This document shows, one piece after another, positions 13,361-26,080 of a stretch of DNA of 64,000 nucleotides. Below the pieces are notes generated by a model. That model had not been told where the DNA came from and searched no databases. It was given only the letters and a program-made list of their open reading frames with translations. A program made the translations under genes and the position numbers. Each line of letters begins with the position of its first letter. The stretch's first letter is position 1. Source of the DNA: the human T2T-CHM13v2.0 reference genome, Homo sapiens. The stretch lies in assembly GCF_009914755.1 (NCBI RefSeq), contig NC_060927.1, one strand, 5' to 3'.

Positions 13361-14021
13361 TCTCTTTCTCTCTCTCTGTCTCTCTCTCTCTCTATATATA
13401 TATCTATAGATCTAGATATCTATCTATAGATATAGATCTATAGCTATATATAGATATATAGATATAGATATCTATATATCTATATCTATATATCTATATA
13501 TAGTTATCTATATCTATCTATATCTATAGATATCTATCTATAGATATCTATATATATCTAGATATCTAGATCTATATCTATATATAGATCTATGATATAG
13601 ATATAGATATAGATCTATATATCTAGATATCTATATATATCTATAGATCTAGATATCTATATATATCTATAGATCTAGATATCTAGATATATAAATATCT
13701 ATATATATCTAGATATCTAGATCTATAGATATAGATATAAATGTAGAGATAGATATAGACAGATATAGATCTATATATAGATATAGACAGATATAGATCT
13801 ATATATAGATCTAGATCTGTAGGTCTAGATCTATATATAGATCTATATCTGTCTATATCTATCTCTACATCTATATCTATATCTATAGATCTATATATCT
13901 ATATATTTATATATCTATATATGTATAGATATCTATATATAGACATATATCTATATATCTATAGATATCTATAGATATAGATCCCATCTATCTATCTATC
14001 TATCTATCTATCTATATAGAT
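13361..14021. repeat. Complex (TC)n/(TATAGA)/(TCTA)n low-complexity array containing a long inverted repeat
   Basis: About 660 bp built almost entirely of tata/gata/tcta units; arms mirror each other about 13819/13820. Confidence 0.95.
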
Positions 14022-15354
14022 CCATGGGACCTGGGGGAGTACTCTATAATAAAGCATATTAATATTACTGTTGCAAATATATGAATATTCACATAAAGTG
14101 AGATTCATAAAGACTATAAATAAGTTTAAGTGAACTTTTCTCCCAGCATAATTTGGGAAAGATCATGTTTTGCTTTCAGATCAAGTTATTAAAGATATTT
14201 TATATTTTAGCCTATTTCAGATATCAAAACAATGGTTAATAATTGTGTTTTATCCCTTGCTGGATCCAGTCTCTCCCTAAGGTAGCCATTTCAATCTCAC
14301 TAAATCAATTCTCCACCTTTTTTTTTTAATCGGAGTTGTATGGTTTCCAGTCATGTCCTTTTACCAGGTAAACAGTTAAACCTTCCTTTTTGCAACCTTA
14401 CCTTGAAAAACATATTTGATATGTAAATATCTTGGATATATCCCTACTTTTCCCATTTATATTAGATTATAGATCTAATAGATTTATCCTCTGAAGCTTT
14501 AGGTCTCATTTGAAGTATGCCCCCCTGCTCTTTTATTACTTTTTGATTTTTCTGCCTGTCCCCATCTAGTACTGACACTATTTCTTGAACCACTATCATT
14601 CTTGAACCACTATCTATTCATTTCAAGTATCCTATAATTTCTTTGTCTTTTGTTCTACTTCCTTTGCACTGTGACTAATTATCAAATCATTTCAGAAGTA
14701 CTGTCCTCTGTGAAGATACCTTGGCCTTAACATTGTTATTTGTCTTTCTCTATCTCTTTTTTAGTATTGGTTCTATCTCCAGTATGGTAGGGTGATCTGT
14801 TACCTTTTATATTTAAGAACAGTGTTTCTGAGATTGAAGTCAGAGGAAAGCAGTTCGATGCGTGTAGTTCCAAGGCTGAAATTTTCTAATGAACAAGACC
14901 ACACAGATAAATCATTAGACTGAGTAAAATTGTTAAATTTACCAATGCTTGTAAAGGTTATAAAGATAATTTCCTTTAAATTGGGCTTTAAAATTAACTA
15001 AAATCGAATAATTTAGTTCAAAGGTTTTGGAGTCCAGAAGCTAAACCAAAAGCCTCTTCATCAATCATTTAGGCCTGAATATTCTACTCCCTCTTTTACT
15101 TCCCAGTTTCCCCATATTATGCACCAGATGGTACAGTCTCTTAGATAGCCTTATTAAAACTATCTCTGTACTTATTGCAAATTATGAACAAACCCAACAC
15201 CAAGACAAGTAGCAAAAAACCCAAAAGTCAAATTACCACTTTTCTTGTTGATACAAACTAGGGTAAAGAATGGAGCTGAATGAAACGCTAAAGTGTCTTT
15301 TTAAAAAACCAGCCAAGAGTTAGGTCTCCTTAAGCAGAAATGGAGAAAGAGAAT

Positions 15355-15918
15355 TATATCATTTTCTATGTCTGCATAACAAATTACTGGAAACTGAAAG
15401 CCTTAACCAATAGACATTCATTATCTCCCAGTTTTTGTGGGTCAGGAACCAGGCATCTCTTAACTGGCTTCTCTGCTCAGGGCTCTCAGGTAGCCACCAT
15501 GCTGCATATTCATCTAGAGGCTTAACTAGAAAAGAATTTGCTTCCCAGCTTAGTAATATTGTTGGCAGAATTTATTTTCTTCCAGCCATATGACATAGAT
15601 CCCCATTTCTTAGTGGCTATTGACAAGAAACCACCATTAGTTCTTAGAGGCCATGACAGCTTCCTGCTTCTTGGCCCACTCTGTAAGAAGTTTACAGCAC
15701 CGTTCTTTACTCCTGCAAGACTAGAAGGAAAATCTCTTGCTCCAGTCTGCCAAGTCAGAGTCTTATATAATGTACTATAATTATGGGAGTGATAGTCCAT
15801 CACAATTGCCACGTTATATTTGTTAGAAGCAAGTCACAGATTCTGTTAAGACTCAAGAGGAGGGGAATCTATACACAGACGGGACTCATTGAGGTCACCT
15901 GAAGGTGATTCTATCACA
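15355..15918 (-). mobile_element. MLT1E-type MaLR LTR
   Basis: ctgcataacaaattac..gtgggtcaggaacc..ttgttggcagaatttattttctt..atgggagtgatagtccatcac..tagaagcaagtcacag..tctatcaca. Confidence 0.8.
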
Positions 15919-16073
15919 GAACTTATGGTCAGTTATTCATGGTACCAACAAGAGAAAATAAACTGAATCATATCAAGCAAACAAACAAAAATATCTTCCC
16001 CAGAAACATATCATACATTCCTGGTCCCAAAGTCTACTCTGAAGCTTCATCAACATTATATAAACTATTTTGA

Positions 16074-16471
16074 TTATGTTGGTCAGTATTATGCATCAAC
16101 TTGGATAGGCTATAGTTCCCAATTATTTAATTAAACACTAATCTAGGTGTTTCTGTGAAAATCATTTGTATATGTGATTAACGTTCATAATCAGTTCACC
16201 TAAAGTATGATAGGTTGTCCTAGAATAAGCCTGATTCAATCCATTCAGAAGCTTTAAGAACTAAACAGGTTTCCCTGAAGAAGAAATTTCACCTACAGAT
16301 AGCAGCTTCAATTCATTCCTGAAAGTTTTATCCTGTCCTTCTTGATGGCCCTATTGATTTCAGACTTGCCGTATTCTCCACAATCGCATAACCCAATTCC
16401 TTGTAATAATTCTCTCTATATATAAAATCTTCTCTTATTTCTGTTTCTCTGGTTGAACTCTGACTGATACA
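16074..16471 (+). mobile_element. MLT2D/E-type ERVL LTR
   Basis: tgcatcaacttggataggcta..aaacactaatctaggtgtttctgtgaa..ggtttccctgaagaagaaattt..ttctgtttctctggttgaactctgactgataca. Confidence 0.8.
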
Positions 16472-18409
16472 GTAATAAATTAAAATTTTTAAGACATTTG
16501 GCATTATTATAGTGCCATCTTTTATATAAAATACCACAATGTAGATAAATGGCATAATATGACCAAAAACACCCTTGATTTAAATAATTTGATAGGAATG
16601 TTTTCCAGACAGTTTCAAACTGAGTTACAAAGAGAGAATGATAACCTTTCATCTTTGTATCGTCCCACTGTAAAAGAAAGATACTGCTTACAAACAGAAG
16701 CAAACAGCCTGAGAACAGCCACCCCAGGCCCTGTATGGCCCTCTCAAGCAATGATGAATCCACACTGCAGTACAAGTGTGATGATGTACTGAACCATGAA
16801 GCAGTATTTTGGCAGTCTTGGGGAATCAAAATAATACAATCTGGGTATTTTTTTAATCTGTGGATTTACTTAATTCAGAAATAGATTTAGAAAAAGAATG
16901 AATAGACTGCATAACTCCCAAATAATTATCAATAAATATATATTTTCTTACAACGGAAGTTTTTGTAAGTATTGCACTGAAATAAGTTAAACTTTACTGA
17001 TACAGATGAAGAATTAAGTGTTCCATTAAACCATAATACTTATAAAGAAAATGTATATAAGCATCAATAGATAGATAAAAATATATAATTTTAGAAGATA
17101 TTTTAAGGATGTATGTTTTTGTTTATTTCAGCATAAAGACATATGTTTGATCAAGATCCAAAAATTTAAATTATAGCCATAATAACTAAACGCCCCACTT
17201 GAAGGAGAACCCATATATTGTTTAATTTTGAGAAATGTAAATTCCAGTAAGCCTTTCAAGATTACTCTGGGTAAAATATATGCCTAGATAACAGAAAGTT
17301 GTTTTTCATTGCTTTTATTGTTGTTGTTTTATATAAGATTATAATTATGAGTCAGATAAATATCACAGGACTCCTGCTGAAAATTATTACTTGAGATTTA
17401 GTATAGCCAAGCTGTCAGTTTATATAAGCTGCTGGAAAGCAAAATAAAAAGATGTAGAAGGAAAAATGTGTGGGTTCTGTTGTTATGGCTCATAAAAAAG
17501 TTAGTTAGAAATCTAAAAATATTAGGTGGCAAAGACTCTATTTATAATGTAAAGATAAAAACCACAAAAACTTGAGTTTCTAGGTAGAAAAATCAGCCAA
17601 AAAGTCAGAGTTTTGACATCTAGGTGATTGTTTGGATAGTATTTCCTTGAGAGAAACAATAAAACAAGAAAGTAGACTGTTGATGCAATGGAGCAGAGAA
17701 AATCATTTCCTAAGTATGTGGTTCTTGTGGGACCTGCTAAAATTGAGGGTCATTATCCCAGGGCTGTTTCTACAGGAAATACAGATTGTGAAGACTTCTA
17801 CATAGATGTGTCATGACTTGCAGGCTAAATATGGTGAAAAGCAATGCGGGGAATCTGGAAATGAAAACACAGCATCAGGGCAATATCCAAAATTTAGGAG
17901 GTCCACAGAATAAATGACTGCATCCTGCCATCCAGAAAAATAGAGGCAAAACCGGTAAATCGAAGTGGTCCATGCTTATCAGTGAGACTACCTCAGGCTG
18001 AGAAATTCTTATCACCTATTTTTAAATCACAATCCAGTAATTTCTAGATTCTGGCAAATTTAGGGCAGCAGCAACTTTTATACTCAACATACATTCATCA
18101 AGAAAAAAAGCACACACATTGTGAAAAGAATCAAAAGCAAGCATAGAAAAAAATATACCACAATTTTGCCAATAGCTGAGGCTGATAGTTTTATCTGGCC
18201 AGAATAAATTTATTTACTGTGAATACACTGTGGAAACTTTATAGTCCTAATTTGGGTCCCTATAAAAGCACATCAAAATCAAGAAAGGAGGCTTGAAATA
18301 AATTCAACTAATTGCCGTGTAAACATTTAATGACTATTCACATTTGTGTATGATATACAGTCATTTAGAAAATTATCATTTCGTACATTCATTATGTTTT
18401 CTTTTGTAT

Positions 18410-19575
18410 ATTTATTTGTTCATTCATTAATTATATAAATAGTTATTGTGCACAAAATATCTCCAAGGCACTAAAACACAAGGAATGAAGAGATGGTCCT
18501 TGCTATCAAAGGTTGATATTCTTAAGAAAAAAAGATAAGTGAATAGGTAATTAGAATTTATTATAGAAATCACAATATTAGGAATAGGTAAGTATCAGGA
18601 AGGCTTCCAGGGGTCATTTGCATCTGATCTGAAGTGTAAAGATTGATCAGCAAAGCCCTAGATCTTATTTTGGTGAGGACAACATTCCAAATATAATTTA
18701 AAAAACAAATGCAGGAAGATGAAAAATAACTTACTAGGTGCAGAGGCTTAGAGGCATTTTATAATTCCCAGAGCATAAAATTAAAGACCGTGACGATTCT
18801 AGAGAAGCAAACAGGGGCTAGAACCACATGTTAAGAGGCTTGACATTATCCTGGGGCCAATCTGGAAAAGCAGATCTGCAGGTGTTAATAGATCTTATAA
18901 AGGAATACAAAGAGTTCATTGTTAAGTCAATTTGAGAAATACAAATCAAACAAGATTAAGCAGGCATTCTTTGAGTTTTTAATATATCTGTGTGCTTTGT
19001 AAATTACCAAACATTATCCCTAAACTCATTTGTTCAAGGTAGTTTTTTACAAGGAATATCTCACAGGACTAAGATTCCACTAAAAATTATCCTGAAGAGT
19101 TCATATGTGGAAATAACAAGAGCGGATTTGCAAGTTAGAAATATCTCCCTGGGGATTTTTGTGGAGGCTTGGTTAAAGGTTAAAATAAATGGATGAAAGA
19201 AGGCCAGTTAATTGGCTAGACCAGGCAAGAGATAATGAAGTACCACAGGAGCAGTAAAATTAGAGAGGAACAAGTGAAATATGTTAAGGAATTGAAATCT
19301 GTAAGATTTGTGTCTGGATGAAAAGGTAAGAGGAGAAAAAGAAATCAATTTCCATACTTCTGGGTTTGTAGACTAAGTGACTGAGAAAGGTACGGACCAC
19401 CAAGTAAGATTTAAAAATATAGAATCTTTTGGGAGAGAAGTGATGAGTTAGGATTTTGAAACATAGGGCATGTAAAGACCACTGGTAATTTCAATAAGCT
19501 ATATTTACAGAAACCTGAAGCTCATGGAAAGATATGTCCCATAAGAGAGAAATTCTGACATCAGTAGCTTTGGCT
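18410..19575 (-). mobile_element. L2 fragment, probably with a Charlie/MER5-type insert at ~18870-19080
   Basis: tttgttcattcattaa 3' end, tcaggaaggcttcc, ccaggcaagagataatga, gaagtgatgagtta..ttttgaaacat. Confidence 0.6.
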
Positions 19576-19703
19576 TTGTGTAGAAATCTTCAGTGAAAAA
19601 TTTCATCTGTGATCTCTGTTTATATTACCTCTTCCTATTTACACGATGGTATCAATTTTCTCATCCATGGTTCTTAAACCAATTTGTTTATACTTGAACA
19701 CAT

Positions 19704-19704
19704 G

Positions 19705-19737
<33 letters not shown>
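19704..19737. repeat. (CA)n microsatellite
   Basis: Seen directly. Confidence 0.95.
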
Positions 19738-19799
19738 AGACCTTCTATCTGTAAAATTGGTAAATGTCTTACCTCGAAATAAGCATTGGTATTTTTCAG

Positions 19800-20140
19800 A
19801 ATCAGGTAAATTGGCTTTCAGTAACATGTAATCCACAAATATCAAAAGATCCCAGAGTATTGCTCATTGTGAGTCCAGGCAGGTGAGGTGATGGTTTCGA
19901 TCCCAAATACTCTAATTTTGTGGCATCTCCATATCCATAAGTGTTTTCCCTTTTACTGTGACCTGGGGAAAACAAGCATGGAGAATCTAAAACTGGTTTT
20001 TAAAAACTAAATGCTTCCACTTAAAAGTGAAACATAAGTTCCAATTACAAGGCAATTCACTATGCCTCCTATAATTTCAAAAAGATGGGAAAATGCAACA
20101 AAAGAAAAAAGAACCAGAAATATTGGTGAGTAGCAGGAGA
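19800..20140 (-). mobile_element. Old MaLR LTR (MLT1K/L-like)
   Basis: aagcatggagaatc..aaatgcttccacttaaaagtgaaacat..gaaccagaaatattggtgagtagca. Confidence 0.6.
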
Positions 20141-20405
20141 CACTATTCTAAATTAACTAATCAGCTAATTATTATTTTAGGGTCTAGCATATTTGTAGCA
20201 CTTTGATATAGTGTTACATATAAATGATAAAACGTAAGTTTACTTAAAGCTGTTTCCAATTCCCCCCTCAAACACCAAATAAGACTCTAATAATGGATAA
20301 TTACACAAAGTTGACACCTAGAATTTGCTATGGAGGGTATCTTACCTATTGCTGGCACTTCATTCCAGACTTCTTAGGTAGAATCTCAGTGGAAGAGAAT
20401 AATAC

Positions 20406-20490
20406 GAGTACTACCTACAAATTGTGTAAGACCTATAAATGAATACTACCTACAATGAGTACAGCCTACAAATGAGTACTACCTACAAAT
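20406..20490. repeat. 17-bp minisatellite, about 5 copies of GAGTACTACCTACAAAT
   Basis: Copies start at 20406, 20423 (degenerate), 20441, 20457 and 20474. Confidence 0.85.
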
Positions 20491-23354
20491 GTGAATGTAT
20501 AAAAAAAAAAGATGTTAAGGAAAAGTAATTATCTACTGGATGCTCTATGTTAGAAGAATCACATTTACCCAATAAGTGCTCTATCACCAAAAAAATTAGC
20601 AAAAAAATAGTACAATACCTTCCATGTTCCACAACCACTCATGAATATCAGTCTACAGTCTAGATTATAGAAGACAGATCTTTGCTAACATAATTACAAA
20701 TGAAATCAGGTATTATGTGAAGATGGAAGATAATTTTTCAAATGTGTTACAATTAATACATAGTTATTTTGTACTTAAGAAAAAAATCAAAATGTGTGTA
20801 TTTAAATAAGTTTTTAGTTTTCTCTCCTAGGTTCTGCCCTTGTAAGAGAGAAGCTAACAGAATCATTACGCTACATATTGACTCTAAGGCAAGATTAACA
20901 AATTTTGCTTCTAGAGATTCCTCCACTGGCCTTAGCTTCTGTATTTCACAGAATCATTTTCATTTTAGGAAACTGGTGTTATAAAGGGTAATGTGCCCTC
21001 ATGTGATTTCTCAAACAAATGAGTGTTTTTAAAATATCACTTTGTAATAATAAAAATATACTCATGAACTTGAATTATTGTGCTGTTTATAACTATTCTC
21101 TTGGTGTGAATTACTTTGCAACAATTCATGCCCTGCACACTTGGGTTAATTAAATTATTCTTATCCTTACAAAGTGCACAAATGAAGTAGAATTATTTTT
21201 AAATCTGTCATTTTAGGGGAAAGAGTCTGATTACTATTTGATTCAGTGGCATGGAGAAATGAATTTAGCCACAGGCAGCACAGCTCTGAGACCAATGAGA
21301 ATATTGGGGAAGGTGAAACTAAGAAGATTTTAAAAAGAAAATACTTTCTGACTTTAAGCCTGTCTCCCCAAATCATTAGGGACAGAATAATGCCACATCC
21401 TCTAGTATTTGTTTTGTTTGTTTGTATGAGAAAGTCAAGGTGATAGTAAGTGAAGATCCCCCTGCTTCCTGAGTTCTACAAGCAACATGCAAATGTCAGG
21501 TTTAAAATAGTATGCTATATTTTAAAATCTTAGTAAGTTTGATATGCCATTACAGATCATTTTAAATGCTCATAGTTACAGTAATGTATCTTTGTTAAAA
21601 ATATCGCTCTTATTTTTAGCTAAATTTGTACAGTATACAAGAAAGAAATATATGATCACTCGAAAGTGATAAACTATCCTATTCTCCAAAGATCTATCTC
21701 ATATAAGAATTAGAAGCCTGGATTATCTCATTAACCTTAAGAAATGGCATGTTGTAATGATGTCTGTAGTTCAGAATTACACAAAAAATATACTCTCGAA
21801 TACAAAATATATGTCATTATGATTAATATCACATATGTTTAAAAGTTATTTCAGAATAGGAGACTTGTTTGCTAGAAATGTAGCATTTAACTGAAGTACT
21901 GCATATCCAACTTCTATTATCCATGCACTCACTCAAGATCCAAACCAGTGCTTAAGTATTTTATTCATCATCTTGTGGGAGCCGAGACATCTATATTAAT
22001 TAACATAAAGTGGGAGAGACATATTTAATACTAATAGCAGATTGTTTTAAAAATAGAGGCACAGAGCAGATAACTATTTCTTTCATGCGATTTCTGGCAT
22101 TTCTTCATCCATGTAACTGCCCTTCATTTCATTAGCAATAAAGAGCAAAACTCCTAGATATCAAAATGATAAATTTCTTTCACTCAGAGTATCTTTCTTG
22201 CTCTCGAATACACTATACACTCACTAAAAGGGCATTATTTCCTAGAAATGTGAGAGTTAAATTTGTTAAGCATCATGATACGGGTGTTGTAATGAACACC
22301 ATGCTGTATTATCATGACTTCAATAAGATCAAATGCTGCTTAGGCATCTGAGATTCCTGAAACAGAACTGAGAGGATCACAAGGATTAAAGACATATGAA
22401 ATGTTAAATCTTTAATCATTTTTCACACATTTTATGGCTAGCCTATCCTTTCTCACAACTCAATGAAGTTGAGACGATGACAAGTGGAAAATAGTCAACT
22501 AATTAAATTTCAGCCTTTCAAAAAGGTCAAAATAGTACAGTATATTACTATACTTCACAGAATAAATGAAGCATGCAAATGCCAATACTTCATGCCGGTG
22601 ACAAAACCAGAAAAATATATGAGAGAAAATGGAGCAAAATTGTCTCATTGCTTCAAGGTGCGGCAGTCAAAATTTAGCTAGGATTTAAATTTCATAGTGA
22701 GTTATTTGCTCTAAAACACAAAAGGTTGCTTTTGGTCTTATAACTGTATCTTGAAAGTTACTTCTGGGTTGTACTTCTTGAATATATTTTGCTATAGACT
22801 ATAAATGTGAGCCAAAATCTCCCTTAGCTACATGTTCCAAAAGCTTTCTTACACTGTCTTTAACAATAAGCTGAATTTCATCTTTTGTCCATTTAATGAA
22901 CAATCACACTTTATCAGTATGGTCATAAGGGACAAAATAGCCTACATAAATAACATCAAAAAATAATCCCCCAAACGGATTGTTTTGTATATATATAGTC
23001 ACATATATACAATTTATATTATACACACATAATTATTAGTGTGTGATGTTTTTGATATTAAAGAACAAAATGCACTAGATATGAATGCACCTTTTATCCT
23101 TGCTGCTTTTCATGCTATTCTGCAGCAACCTAAATGCCACCCATCTCCCATCCTTCAAGGCTCAGTTTTTGTCTCAATATTATCTTAAAAAATAATATTC
23201 TAATGATTATTTCCTTTCTTTAAAACTCTTGGTTACAGTCAGTCTCAACAAAATTATATGTTATTAGTAATAAGATAATGCAAGTAAAGCACATATCACA
23301 GGGATTGGCACAGACCAGATGTTTTTAAAAAAACATGGCCTCTTATTGGAAATA

Positions 23355-23575
23355 GGTTTTGAATCCTGACCTGCATTAGCTAAAAATGGCAATCTCACTC
23401 TTTCATAACTATATATTATCCATAATATTATTAACCCTCTCCATTAAGCATCAGTTTTTACATGTATAAAATGATCAAAATGAAACCTATTTCAATGGGT
23501 TATTGAGGTGATTATATTTGATAATGTTTAAGGTGCTTAACACATTTGATACATAATCAGTGTTCAATAAAGATT
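23355..23575 (+). mobile_element. MIR SINE
   Basis: ttttgaatcctgac..catcagtttttacatgtataaaatg..gggttattgagg..gataatgtttaaggtgcttaacaca..gtgttcaataaa. Confidence 0.7.
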
Positions 23576-23682
23576 TGTTTTCTTTCTACCATTTTCATAT
23601 AACTCCACTGTCTATTTAATAATTTCAATTAGCTGAATTCTCTCAGGCTTCTGAATGTGTGGAGAATTCAGGAAAACTCCAC

Positions 23683-24205
23683 TGTATTAATTCCTCACTA
23701 TTGCTGTAACAAAATCCCACCAACTTGGTGGCTTAAAGCAACATAAATCCATGATCTACTGACCTACAGTTATCAAGAACCTACAATTCTGTAGGTAGAA
23801 GTCTGATATAGGTCTTGCTAGGCGAAGATCATGATTTTGGAAGTGTGTGGCTCCTTTCTGTGGGTTCTAGATTCAGTTGCTGTTATTTGTAATTATAGAA
23901 ACAAAGCCTCTATTTTCTGGTCACCTATGATCGATGGGTCAATCCTAGCTTTTAGAAGCCTCCTCATTTCTTGGTTTGTAGCCATCTTCATCCTCTTCAA
24001 AGACAGCAATGGCAGGTAGAAACCATCTTGAGTTTTAAGATCTTGTGTAATTAGATAAGGCCCATCTGGATAATCAGAGATAATCTCATTTCAAGGTTGA
24101 TAACAGTAACATATATGTAAATTTCCTTTGGCAAGTTTGGTAACATACTTACAGGTTTCAAGGATTAGGATTCAGACATCTTTGAGGATCCATTATTCTG
24201 CTATC
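23683..24205 (-). mobile_element. MLT1D-type MaLR LTR
   Basis: tgtattaattcc..gctgtaacaaaatcccaccaacttggtggcttaaagcaacataaa..tcttcaaagacagcaatggcagg..ggattaggattcagacatctttg. Confidence 0.8.
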
Positions 24206-24744
24206 TGTACTCTTTGTAGGGTTATGTCATTGGACCTGTCAGTTGGACACATTATTTTCACACATGAACACAATTCCACTATGCCGAGTGTGATAATTTG
24301 TAGTTAATTGCATTTAGGAATTCCCCAGGAGTGCTAATATCTTATCACATATGTGTTTATGCAACCTGTACCTGACCTAGAGTTTAACCCAACTGCTGCA
24401 ATGGTCAGGTGTCCAGTGGGTATATACGTGGCTATATATTCCAAATTTAGTCAGAATGTTAACTTTATACTGACATAGGTGCTATAAAATAGCAGTATAA
24501 ACTCATGATTTTTTAATATGAGTTTAATTTTTAATATAAGAATATGATTTTTAATGTGTATATACATGCATGTATATGTATGTATGTATATTTACACACA
24601 AAGAGATACATATGGTTATTAGATACATATTGATGTGCATATCTATGTATGTATGCTAGAAGCAATAACATGCTAGTAACAATGAACATACCATTTTGCT
24701 TTCTAAACATCATTTTCCAATAAAACAAACCATAATTTTTATAG

Positions 24745-25790
24745 ATTGGAGTTATTTCAGGGCAGAAGAAATATAATGGAAGCTGGAAAGTCTTACAGTG
24801 CCAGAAAATAAAAAAGGGCTCAAAAAGAAGGAAAAGATAAGATCTTGTTGAAAGAACACAGATGCCAACAATTTGAATAATCTGTAAGTGGCCAAAGCTG
24901 AAAAAAGAAAATTGAATAGCAAGATAAATAATGATAGTAATGGACTTTAATCCATAAAAATATAAATATTCATGTCTATATTAACAAAATTGTTTATTAA
25001 ATAAACATATGAGGATGACAGTCTATTCTTCCTTACAATATAATTCTAATTGATATATGTACAAGGTAAGAAAAAAGTACTGTTATGCAAACACAGTAAT
25101 AATAAATCTTTAAGACATGTTCATTGATGGAAGCTAAAATTATATGGCAAATTTTGAGAATGAGGCTTTATAAATTCCAAATATCTCCCCTAAGTTATTT
25201 AACAACTACAAAGAGAAAGATAGTAAATTTAGAATGGAAAATCCTGGAAGAAGCTACCTGAGCTAAATTATCCAGGTTAACGACACCTAAAGTAAGATAT
25301 ATTTACATTATGAACCACTTGATATGAAACACCAAATAGGGTACAACATTGTCTCTGTGGTATTCTTTTAAACAATATATCATACCATTGCTATAAGGAG
25401 ACAGCATCAGACAAACCCAAATTGAGGAGCATTCTACAGAATAATTGATCAGGGATTTACAAGTATCAAGGTGATGAAAGACAAGAAAAGACTGAGGAAA
25501 TGTTAGAGACTGGAGGATAGTCAAGATAAATAGCAACTATACATAATGTAGAGCCTGGATGGAATTCTGAATGGAAAAAGGACATGTGTAGATAAGCTGA
25601 TGGAATTTTATTAGAAACTAGAATTGCAAAATAGTTAATAGTTTCTTACCAATCTTAATTTCTGGTTTTATGTAATCCTGGTTGTGGTTTCATAAAATGC
25701 TAACATAGGAAAAAAATAATAAAGAGGTAAGAAAATTCATTTCACAATTCTGGCAACTTTTTGCATGCCTTAATTTAAAATAAGTTGAAA
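24745..25790 (+). mobile_element. L1MC3/4-type long 3'UTR fragment
   Basis: cttacagtgccagaaaataa, gtggccaaagctg, catcagacaaacccaaattgaggagcattctacagaataattga, aaagactgaggaaatgtt. Confidence 0.8.
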
Positions 25791-25854
25791 TGGTGTAATC
25801 TAATAAGAGTTATTGGGACTATTCATGCACAGGCACAGATTACTACACTGTAAG

Positions 25855-26080
25855 TAGTAATGATAATGCTAACATGGTTGAGCACATACTATTTAGCAAT
25901 CATCAATTAATTTCACGAATTAATTTATGTAACACTCATGGTCACAGTATGAAATAAGTACTATTGTACCATCCACATTTTACATATGAAATAACTGAGG
26001 CACATAGAGTGAATTATTTAGCCCAAGAACTTTGAAACCAGGCAAAGCCCAAGCTTTTATCTCCCATGCTGCATAGCCTC
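25855..26080 (-). mobile_element. MIR SINE
   Basis: aatgctaacatggttgagcacatactat..cattttacatatgaaataactgaggcacatagag. Confidence 0.75.

Noticed and set aside
14576-14614. Short duplication of ttcttgaaccactatc (also tatctccagtg at ~11748 and ~11763)
   Set aside because: Ordinary micro-duplications with no further structure
16750-16793. ATGATGA..GTGATGA..CTGA resembling C, C' and D boxes of a snoRNA
   Set aside because: Only about 45 nt from box C to box D, no D' box, no terminal stem and no evident guide sequence
20406-20490. CRISPR-like direct repeats
   Set aside because: Units are contiguous without unique spacers, there are no cas genes, and the context is primate
24371-24411. 8-bp inverted repeat acctgacc/ggtcaggt
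   Set aside because: Expected by chance in 64 kb; the stem does not extend
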